DNA of 64,000 nucleotides from Balanoglossus misakiensis (lineage: Eukaryota > Animalia > Hemichordata): positions 3,012,760 through 3,076,759 of the forward strand of contig CM082576.2 of NCBI GenBank assembly GCA_040954595.2, written 5' to 3'. Below the pieces are notes generated by a model. The model ran no database searches, was not told where the DNA came from, and saw only the letters and a program-made list of their open reading frames with translations. The translations under genes and the position numbers were made by a program. Positions 42,501-53,300 of this stretch are shown here, piece after piece (position 1 is the stretch's first letter; each line of letters starts with the position of its first letter).

Positions 42501-45500
42501 AAATAATACCTGTTAACAAAAAAGGGTTAGGACAAGAGGCATTCTTTTGAATTCTTTAACATGGTCCCTATTGCTCGTGTTCACTCGCTCTACTTGAAGA
42601 GAGCCTTCCCGTCATGCAGCACTTCCTTGCCCCGTCACTCGGTGTATTATCCCAAATAGAAAAGTGATACTTTCTCAGAAAAGATTAAAACAACAGAGAA
42701 ATGGCAGGAAATGTTTCTTTTCATATCAAACGACAGATGATGTATCAAGAGATCCCCCAGGGTGATACACTTTTGATAAAGCACGATCATCTAGAAATGG
42801 ACCTGGAAACCATATTGAAATACTGTTCATTTCAGTGTCGTGTCTTCGCTAGGCTAGCTATGTAAAGACAGGGAGGCAGAGAGATAGACAGAGAGACAGA
42901 TCCATCCGACGAAATTTGACTGTCAAATATTGGGATCAGGGGGTCTATACCTGTCGCCTACGGTGGCATTTGTAGGCTACAGTTCCCAATCCCCGGTTAT
43001 CACATCAGTGAATATTGTCAGTGTGAGCCCTTTGTATGTTGCTCCTTCGACGTGATTTTATTTCAAATTAAGTCAAGTACCGTGCTACATATTAATACTA
43101 CTTCATAAAAGGGAAACAGTCGTATTGTTCTGGAGCGCCTCATTCAGTAAATACACGTGTTTTTATATCTTAGGCGCTTGGTGCTTTGATCCCGGTTTTC
43201 AGTCATATTTCGTAACAATAACCCATTGTTTCCTTTTTTATTCGAAAACGAATGGTCTTGTCGGGCGTATATTCTATATATTCTAAATATTTTAGGAGGC
43301 AAGCGGTTATCAATTGAAGGGACCCATCTGTATGAAATCCGCAAAGATAAATGTCAGGTATATATAGATGTAGACTTTGTAGGAACTATTCTGAAGTTTT
43401 GAAAACGTGGTGCTAAATAGTCTTATTTTGTGACACTTTTTATAGCTATTGCAATTTTAAATACATCGTTTTCAATTTAGCATAAAGTACAAAATAGTGT
43501 TAGGTTCGTTTGACCCAAGCGTTCAATTACTGAATTACTGAGCGGTGTCGCAGTATAGAACAATATTGCAGCGACGAGTACCGGGCATCGCCGTGATCAT
43601 CGCGATCATTGATGTCTGCGTTCACCAAGGCAGAAAATCTCTCCTGCGGGCGCAGCGAGCATAACCATGATTTCTATATTAGGCATTTATTCTTCTTCTT
43701 TTTTTCCACTTCTTGGTCAAGGTTTCTTCTCTCTTTTGTCGGTTGCAAAACGCAGATTGGTCCTTTGCCACGAGTACGTCTTCTTGGTGAGCGCGGATTT
43801 GGGGGGGGGGGGGGTTGGAAAATGTTGTTGGGCGGGATTTCGGTTTCATCCCCCAATCTCGGTTTGCCCTGGGGCTATATGTGATACACGCTTGTGGGAT
43901 GGCCTTTATTTGCATCATGCTAAAAGAAATGATGTCATATTGAGCGGAGAGGTGCCTTTGTTTCGACAGAGAACGTGACCGCTCCAAGGTCACCTGTCTA
44001 GCCTCCCGGGGTGATAAAACTGTTGTTACGTAACACTGGGAAATGGCCACGTGGATCCTAGAGGTCATTGACATGAATTTGTCGTATATTGAAATAAACA
44101 TCAGTCTCGTTCTTTATTTCGCCATAATATTTTGATCGCCAAGCGGAATATTGAAATTTAATTATACCATTTTTTATTTCTTTTAGTACGAAAACACTGA
44201 ATTACACAACGAGATTGTAATTCAAAAACGCGGTTTAATGATCCCGATGATGACAAGCAAATTTCGGTCACACAATTATAGTTGAAAATAAAATACAAAC
44301 TGCTTTAATTTATATTTACCTATACTCATTATCAAATGTATGATAAAGGAATCGTCAACTGACAGAGGTCAAACAATAGAAGCGATTCCGTGCGATTTTA
44401 GTCCATATGGACCTCGCTACCGAAGTCCAGATTTATACAACAACAACACTTAATCCAAATGGGAAATAATAACTCAAACGATCGGCGTCTTTTATCGCAC
44501 AAATGTCATGTTCACGGTCAATCCCATTTGCGATCATTGCGTTTTGCATATGATTTATGACGACGTACAAATGTGGTTGCAGAGGCTGCCCGCTACTGAT
44601 GCACTGCTTGCTTGCAATGCAGCACGGAGGAGTGAAATGAATACAACAGGGGTGGAAGTTCCGTTGAGACATGTTCACATGAATATTCATTCAGTTTGGA
44701 CAGAACATGATCTAGCGAAAAATTAATCATCTTTCTAAAAAAAGTAATTAGCAGAAATAAATATATCAGCCATCTCTTTTTTTTACAAGTAATAAGCAGA
44801 TTGAAACAAAGATCAAAGCCATCTCTGTCTCTCTCTCGCTCTCTCTCTCTGTCTCCCCCCCCCCTCTCTCTTGTCATATATGCGTTATATATGATATATG
44901 TATACATGTGTGTATATATTAGTTATCAAATATTTAGTTACAGTTAGGCCTATCAGCTGTACAAATATAGTCTTAATAATTATGATTAAAGTGTATTTGA
45001 CATTTGCGCAACGTGTACTTTGTCTTCTCATCTCGGTTTCATCAAGTCCTATTATATATTTGACCACTGAATTCTGACCTGTAAATGCTACCCTTCTGTT
45101 ACTGTTACAGCACAGGAGACAATAGAGTACTGGGAACAATTCCGCCGGTCATTGTGTAGCCGTAAGGGCGGGCGGGTAGGGGGGGGGGGGTTGGTCCCGA
45201 CTGGAGTCAGCTGTTCGGTCGAACATATTTATGAACGGGTGGGTTTTTTTGTGTACCGTGGCCTTGGTCTTCTAGTTGAACAATGTGCGAGGGAGGAGAG
45301 ACGAAGGCCAACGTATTGTTCACACTGACATCGGTGACGAAACAACAGGAAAACAGTCTGTGTTACTGAAAGCGCGATGTGGTAAACGCGGTTAAATTGA
45401 ATGAAAGCGTAAACTATAGGTCAATCTTTGAGAACTTCAGAAATCACCGAGAGACGGACATATTTACAGTCGGCCTCGTGGCTGTAGCTCCCCCCCCCCT

Positions 45501-46351
45501 CCTTCCTCCCTCCCGAACAGAGGTGTTTCATTCGAGTGGGACAAAAAAAAAACAATTGTCTCTTCAAAGGGGATAACTGCATTTTTCATGATCACAAGAG
45601 ACTATTTTCCCCGTCATCAAAAATAAACGGTTTCTTCAATCACAGCTATAAAGAGAAAGAAATAGAGTAACATATGCAAACGCGGAACACAAACTAATTA
45701 CCAGTAGGACTACGATGAGCAGTTCGCTATAATTGAGAAATCAGTGACGCCAAAGCCGCCCCCTGTCTCTTCTTGCATGCCTGCCTGTCCCCCCCCCCCC
45801 ATTTTGTGTTTCTTCACTGTGTCCTATTTCACTCTGTCTCTCCGCCTGTCTCTGTCTCAGCTGCACAATCCCTGCCGACACCGTTTACAACCATAACATC
45901 AGCGAGGACAACTTTTTAGCTGTAAAGTGATTGGATTTGTTTCTGAACAAATATAACGGTTGTATTTTCCTTCATTTCTTTTTCTCTGACTGATTACAGA
46001 ATTAAAATGTTATTCGATGAAGAATATTGTACATGAATATCATAAATACCAACGACTTATATTGATGGCTACGCCAATAAATCGCGCTGTATGATATTAA
46101 TAGAGTTGTCACCTCTTCTTTTGATTTGCGTCGTAAAATTCATTCTATATGTTGCTATGCTTGAAGATGTCAGGCTGAGAGAAAGTGAACAGTGAGTCCA
46201 TGAATAGTTTGGTTCTGTTGTTATTCGCAATACAGTTTGAATGTTGGTATTGGGAAAGTAAGGTGTAGGCATTCCTATTTCGGGAATTGTTTAGCACAAA
46301 CAGATTCATCTTGGAGAGTCTCTCATTTCTCTGAAGATCTTCCTCTGTCTT

Positions 46352-49075
46352 CTATTCTGCCTCGACTGTTGCTTCTCGCTCAGTCCAGACTTGGAGTCGC
46401 TGAACGTTGCGCGCGCTCGGGCAACCCTCAGAAGAGCACCTACGTGCTGGTGCGACTGCGCAAAGGTCACCAACCATCTCGCTGTCGTTGAGCAAGAACG
46501 TTGGCGGCGTCATTCCGGTCGGAGAGTGCGTCGAGGAGACCCCGTTCATGGTGTTGCATCTCGTTGCATTGACGGTGATGAAACTGACGGAGACACGTCG
46601 GCTAGGATAGATCATACTGCGAAGAGCATCTCGGAACTGTTTGGAGAGAGCGGGGGGCAGAGAGAGAGAGGGGGAGGGAGAGACAGATTGTTTCTCAGTC
46701 TGTTTTCATCAGTACATGTATTTTGCAGGCCAGATAACTTCAGGAATCTCTGATACTTTGAAATTTTAAGTGGCCATAAACTTGTCACTTCAGCGGGCGC
46801 TCCCTCTGATTTCTTGAGTAAAATTTTTGCAAGCACTACATCGAATGATGACCGCATGTGTTAGGGCATTAATAAACACAAACCTGTCTGTTCACGGCGA
46901 AGTAAACGATCGGATTATAGACAGTACTTGTCTTGGCAAATATGGATGGAACGAACGACGACGCCGCCGACACTTTGCCCCCGTTGCCAAAGGCCACGTA
47001 CAGCGAGAAGATGGCGTATGGAGTCCAACAGACTGTGAAGCACGCCACCAAGAGGACAGCCATTACTACCACCTTCGTTTCCATCGCGTTTCTTTGACTC
47101 GTATGTTGCGCCTGCGCGATACCTCTACCCGACTGCAATAAGAAACATGGGAAAAAAATTATTCAACACTGAACGCGGCAGTGGATTCAATAGCACGCAG
47201 AATAGTTCGTTTCATTCGTTTTCAGTTGTACTTTTGAATATAATGTCATATCTAGAGGCGTACATCCGAGAAGAGATAACAGCAAACAACCAGCCAAAGG
47301 TAAAGACAGCGCCTAACTCTACATCCAGTAGAGGGTTTGTCGTCTCTTCTTGAATACGCAAGGAGAAGGGATACTTATTATATAATGGACACTCATGGAC
47401 TATAATAATAATAAAAATGGCTCCTCCTTCAGTCTGCATTTTAATTACCTTGAAAACGGTCCAGCATATCCCGGCGTAGCAGAAGATGATCAAGGACAAG
47501 GGAACAAAAAAGGCCCAGGTGAAGATGAAGATGGTGTATGATACGTCATTAAAGTCATCTGACTCCCAATTCACCGAGCAACCTGTGAAAACAAACGAAT
47601 AAGTACTGGCTAAGTGCAGTGTTGCGGTGTGGAACGGTGTGAAATGTACCTTAACTGTACGTTGATACCATATAGAACGGAACCCATTAGATTACATGTA
47701 ATTCATGTCACACTACCTAGAAAATGTATTCATCTCAAACTGATTAGTTCCATATTACTTCCTTTGGACAAAATGACGGGATGCTTTTAACACCTCACTG
47801 CGTTAAGTAATTTTCAGTTTAATACACTGGCCTTGCATTTTGCAAATGGTCGGTGGGGGGCACCGATGCGCTAGTTCGACTAGTTCGCTTAGTAAGGATG
47901 TCATCAAACGGCCGTGTCGTTTTCAAAACTACATACTCACTTGTCCCTGGTCCTTCCGGCACGTAACGACCCCAGCCAATCAGAGGCGGTGTGGCGATCA
48001 CCAAGGTGACAATCCAAATGAGGACCACGCCCAATGAGGCAAATCGTTTCGTGTCAACCCTGCGTGCTTGAAGCGGGTGCACCACCATGAAATACCGTTC
48101 GAGGGAAATCACCGTGAGCGTTATGATGGCGCCAACACCTATCGGAACGGCCAGAGGAAAAAAGAAAATCACACTTGGGTACGACGACAACATCTCATTG
48201 TCGATGGCCTTCCGTCCGTTTGCAAAGAAACTAACGGTTCGGCATATTAATGTGATACAGCGTGGGCATCTATACTATCTGGCCACTATCGGAGGCGCGT
48301 TCTGAAAACCATGAAGGGAGGCGTTTCACCCGAAGGAATTTTATAAAGAACAGTTGACATCACTCATAACAGAAAATTAAATTTCCATGAAACTTTGGTA
48401 GAGTGATAGCATATACCTTAAGCTTTAAAAAAAAGTAAACCTGGTGAACACCTGCAAAATGGCGCATAAACTATTAAAACACCCTGAGCCTCATCAGTCG
48501 AAGCCTTAGCGTGTGCAATAACTGAATACCAGAGACAGGCAATTTTTTTCCTGTTCGAGATAAATGATGAGGTTACTATGGGATATTTCTTGGACACAGT
48601 TCTGGGAGTGGATGCATGTGTACGTACTGTCGTCATAAATGTTTCCCCACCCACCCTCCCCCAGCATGGTTAGTTTCGGCACAGTATGGTTGATTGTATG
48701 CACATGTAATTACAACTTACCGGCAGAGGTGTTGACGAACGCATACCACGAGCACCCCGCCTCACCGAACAGCCACCTCCCCGCCACGTTGGCGGCGAAG
48801 GCAAACGGCGTGCCGAAGACGGAGACGACGAGATCACCGACGCACAGACTGATCAAGAAGGTGTTCATCGGTTTCCGCAGCGACTTGTTCCTCACCCAGA
48901 CCACGATGACCAGGAGGTTGTTCAAGCACCCGAAGGTGCCGATGACGCCGAGGACAACCGCCACGCCGGTGTACCCTTCCCGGCTGAAGGCGTCATCGCC
49001 GCCGCGGGAGATGGAGTTCTCTTCGGTCGGGAGCGCGTCCGATGGAAACGCGGTGTTGACTGCTTCGCCAGCCAT
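46352..49075 (-). CDS. Ciliary-type opsin (c-opsin; TMT/Opn3/pteropsin-like); 5 exons, 406 aa
   Basis: Exons 49075-48721, 48138-47941, 47582-47449, 47132-46884, 46636-46352, phases 1,1,0,0. 7TM GPCR with LRKPMN, C110, ERY, PEGPGTSC (E181, C187), CWTPY, the retinal-binding Lys in FAKTSTVYNPIVY (codon 46932-46934) and NRQFR. Three introns fall at bovine-rhodopsin codons 121, 232 and 312. Confidence 0.95.
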
Positions 49076-49159
49076 TGGTCACAATGAAGTGGCGAGTTGT
49101 GCTGCGTTCATCCGAATCATCGCCGCACACACTCCCCAAATGTTCGAACTACACGGCGA

Positions 49160-49464
49160 CTTTATAACGGTGAAGTTATATAAAAAAAATCATCCGTAGC
49201 CTGCTACGCAAAGTGGTGAAAAAGGTAACAACAATATGCGCTCCACTCGATTTTCTCGCAGAAAGCACTCCTGAATGGGATCCTAATTACGGATAGTAAA
49301 ATGCGCAACACTATTAGTCAAGTTACATATCTCAAGCAGATAAAAACGACACGTCGAGTAAGTGGTTTCGACTCTATCTACCACCCACGACTCTGCACAT
49401 ATTCTCCAAAAGCATTACTTTCACATTTATCACGTGACAATGTGAAAGCTGTTGTCAAGGAGAC
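49160..49464 (-). promoter_or_regulatory. Putative opsin proximal promoter (TATA boxes, homeodomain site, E-box, RFX X-box)
   Basis: Minus-strand TATAAA at 49166-49161 and TATATAA at 49182-49176. TAATTA at 49284-49289, CACGTG at 49431-49436, and X-box-like GTCTCCTTGACAAC at 49464-49451. Confidence 0.5.
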
Positions 49465-50157
49465 AAGGCCACACCTCACCTCGTAAGCATTCGGAAATAC
49501 CCTATACATATCTGTGCATCAGCTTTTGCTACAAGAACATGAATGGAGTTTTTAACAAAAAAACACGCAATTAAGACGGTGACATATCACGCGTCTCAAT
49601 TGTATTATATTTCAAGACCACAAAATATAATAAAGCACAATACAGAAATTTAATTCTATTCCATGTGTGACCTATTGCAGACACCAAATTCAGTAATATC
49701 AGCTGATTCATTTTGTCAATTAATTGTAAGCTCTGGCCCTCTGCAAAGAGAAATGAAACAAAAAGAAAAACCACAAATAAAAACTGTAATTTTTTTTACA
49801 TATAATTTTTGGGGTGAATGTAATATATGGTACCTATAAACAGTTCACCTCACGAAAATGTCGGTGGTGTTTGTTTGACGATCAGATGAAGTTTTCAGCT
49901 CTACCTCACTACCTTCCCACCCCCACACATTAGTGACGAAACAGCAGTTTCACAGCAGCATCTGCTGGATTAATTCTTTTGCCATCGTACGCACAAGCTA
50001 AAACAGCAATTGTTGCAGTCCCAAATAGTCGTAGATACAACTAATATCTATCACCCTGCAACAAAGACAGTCATCGGTCACTGTAAAACAGGGTATGCTG
50101 CATACCCACAATCACACATCCTGCTGCCACTCACATATGTCTTAAGTTACGTGCTCA

Positions 50158-50163
50158 TTTATT
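50158..50163 (-). terminator. Probable ZC3H14 polyadenylation signal (AATAAA)
   Basis: Plus-strand TTTATT, about 215 nt downstream of the predicted ZC3H14 stop. Confidence 0.5.
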
Positions 50164-50375
50164 GAAAGCAATCAATTTACACATTTCAGCCAATGCAAGA
50201 GGGGCATATTAAGCACACAACTAAAACTACGGTACTGCTAGTGAGTTGTCTTGTTGCCAAGTCACATTTGAAGGACGTCAATAACGAAGAACTTCCACAG
50301 CACTGTTTCGACTGCTGTGGCAGCACCGCACATTTTCTTCTGCTGTCCGAAAACTGACTCTGCTTGACGGACGAA

Positions 50376-53300
50376 TCAACTCGGTTTGCTGCGGGTAGAA
50401 GAAAAAAAAAACACAGACACACAGAAGATGTCAGTCACCTCTGGACAGTCCGCACCATGGAGTCACGACTTGCACGTAATTACGGCGGGCACTGAGACTC
50501 TAGTACCACTTGGGTTTGGCCAGTTCACTTTTGTTTGTTTCCGACACAAACCCACTCCACCAGGTAGCAGCTGAGGGTGTTAGATATGCACACAGCAATG
50601 ACCACATCATTACGCGATCATGGTCTATTAAATGCGCAGCCGATGTTAAACGCTTGGCGATCTTGAGTTGCCGCAATAAACAAGTGATACCACAGAAGTA
50701 TTGACGCAATTCCGGTTCGTTTATAATGTGTTGAGTGTGCGACCTGAATGTGATTTTGTCCGGTGCCAGCTGTACTGTGCAGAACTAAATCATTACTTGG
50801 AGTGATCCTTTATCTGTGGACACTAAAGTAGACCGTCACACACACATAGGGCAGACATAGGGCACCTCTGTGCCTGTTGTAAACAGTTTCCAAAAATTCA
50901 CGAAAATTGATATCACAAAAATTTCCTGTCCCGCAAAAAAATCTGTTTTACAGTAGTCACCTTAGTGTTAATGAAAGCCTGCACAATGAGCCAAACATTA
51001 CGAGGGGGGAATGCCATGACACTATTTTTTTACAAAAAGGTGAAAATTGTCTGTTCAGATGAATACGCAATTATCTGAAACAATCTTCTGCAAATTTCAG
51101 CAGTCATCGGGGAACGAGCTACATTTGTACTTGCCTATTAATATATTCAAGACGAGAAAGAAACAATAGCGACCAATTAGTCAGTCATTCAGTCATTGAC
51201 AGTAGACTCCCTGCCCCCACAAAGACGTGAATTAATTTTTTTGAAAAGCAAATAAATTGGCGTGATTGTGCAAAAGAAACTGATGACTGTGTTCATAGCA
51301 TCAGAGTCATCAAAGCCTTGCCCTCAAACTCATAATTTATTAATAAATTTAACACATAACACACATGACCTATTTGAAAACAGACTAGGTGTGAAATGTA
51401 AGTGTGAAGTGTTCACACAGGGCATCATTTCCAGAGTTTCCATTCATGCATGACAGAAATCACTGATTTCAGGGGGTGGATTGCTATATAAGTTATTAGT
51501 ACACAAGCTGGAAAAAAAATTTAAGTAAATGAAAAAGAGTTTTGTCATATCAAATTCGCAAACACATGTGAATTCTCACCTTGATGTCGGGCGCACCAAC
51601 TTCAAGGCAGCGCCTGACGCCACTTTGGGATGGCTGAATCGACAATCGTCTCTGCTACAGTTTGTCCCAAAACGGCACGGCTGTAAAGAAGAAAGCATCT
51701 TTGAGATTGTGGGTAACACCACTCTAATACACACGCACACATTTACATTCTTATTTGACCAAAAAACATGTGTTCTCTTGAGTCTAATTTAAACACACCA
51801 AGCCAAATGGGCTAGTTGTATACTTTTTTTCATACTGTCACACATTTTTCCCCATAAGTACATAATCTCAGGAAAATATAAAACTGACAATAATTTACAT
51901 ACTGGTTTATGAAGAACAATGTGTTTTTGAAAGCTGCCAGTCCATGACTGGATTTTATGTTCAAGAAATGAACAAAATGGCCTGGTGAATCCTGCTCACA
52001 ATGTCACACAGTGGGTGTAGAATCCATTTGTGTAACATGTGTTTGTGTATAACTGGCTTGAATATGTGTAGGCGATCACACCATACCTTGGGATGTAAAT
52101 ACGGACAGTTCATCTTCTTGCAATTATTGGGAAAGAACCGGCATATGACCTGGTGTGGTGGCAGTGCAGGAGAGGATAGCGGGAAACGAACACCAATTGG
52201 CTGGATGACTGGGAATATCAAAAGAAGAGACTAAAATTTAATTCTATTTTTTTTTAATTCTCTCAGCAATGATGAATTCATCAAAGCAAAGGAAAAGGAG
52301 GCCTTCAATCAGTGAGTTTCGTGAGGAGGCATCGTAGTGTGAAGTGGTACTTAGAGTACCAGCCTCACCTAATTTGAAGTGCGTCTGAGAACCAGCGCAA
52401 GCTCTGATTTGTGCTCTCGAGAAAGGCTCTTTGTTTCTGCATCACTTTTGTCACTGTAGCGGTTACCTAGGTAAATAGGAATTCACCCCGGTGGATAGTG
52501 GATATGAAAAGTTCATCCACAATTTAAGAAAGCAAGGTCGCTACTTTCATACCACACAATACAGACATATCCATCTGTTTTTCTGAGAAATCTGATTCTT
52601 GTGTGGTAAAGGACCCTGGAGTACTTAACGAGTTTTAATGAAGCCTGCATATTAATGAAGTGATGGCATACCTGGCGAGGGGGGAGGGGCCGGAGGTGGC
52701 AGCAAAGCTCCCTGGCGTTTACTTGCGTGGGTGAACGGACAGTCTGGCTTGGAACACCGAGCGTCATACTTACAATTCGGATGAATGTACAAGCATTTTT
52801 CACCATATCTACACCGTGGAAAGGCCCTGCGATTAAAAAATCACAAATTCTTTAATCCCAAAGAAATATCTGACATTCACATATACATGTACTACTACAA
52901 GCCCAATAAACTTCACACGCATACACCAGACGAGAGTGTTTATTTCTTATCATAACTAAACTCAAGACAATCATTATTCTCGCCCCTTGAATACAGCACA
53001 ACAGAAGATTTAACCCTTTCACCCCCAGTTCCCTCTTTAGAGGCCCACCCTTACCATAGAAAACAATGGGTTTGGACTGGTGGTGAAAGGGTTCAAACAT
53101 GCTTGACTTACTTGCACGGCACATTGGGATGGTGGTACTGACACTGATCACCACTCTTACAGGTGGGCCAAAACTTGCATCTCTCCACCATCTTCTGTCT
53201 CTTGGGCGGGCTGGTGTCCGATGATGGCATGTCCTCATCTGTCAGGAGACAAACGTTGGAGAGATGAGGAACAAAGGGACATCTGTGTGTGTGGGGAGTT

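Noticed and set aside
42520-42532. CTAACCCT as a telomerase RNA template
   Set aside because: No pseudoknot or H/ACA elements recognised downstream. It reads equally well as a branch point plus pyrimidine tract.
46352-49075. Xenopsin, r-opsin or non-opsin GPCR identity
   Set aside because: K296 is present, the tripeptide is NRQ rather than HPK, and three introns coincide with c-opsin positions. A phylogeny is still needed for final placement.
48639-49199. 186-aa plus-strand ORF (and similar ones at 4433, 23556, 55033 and 56080)
   Set aside because: Antisense shadows of GC-rich real exons.
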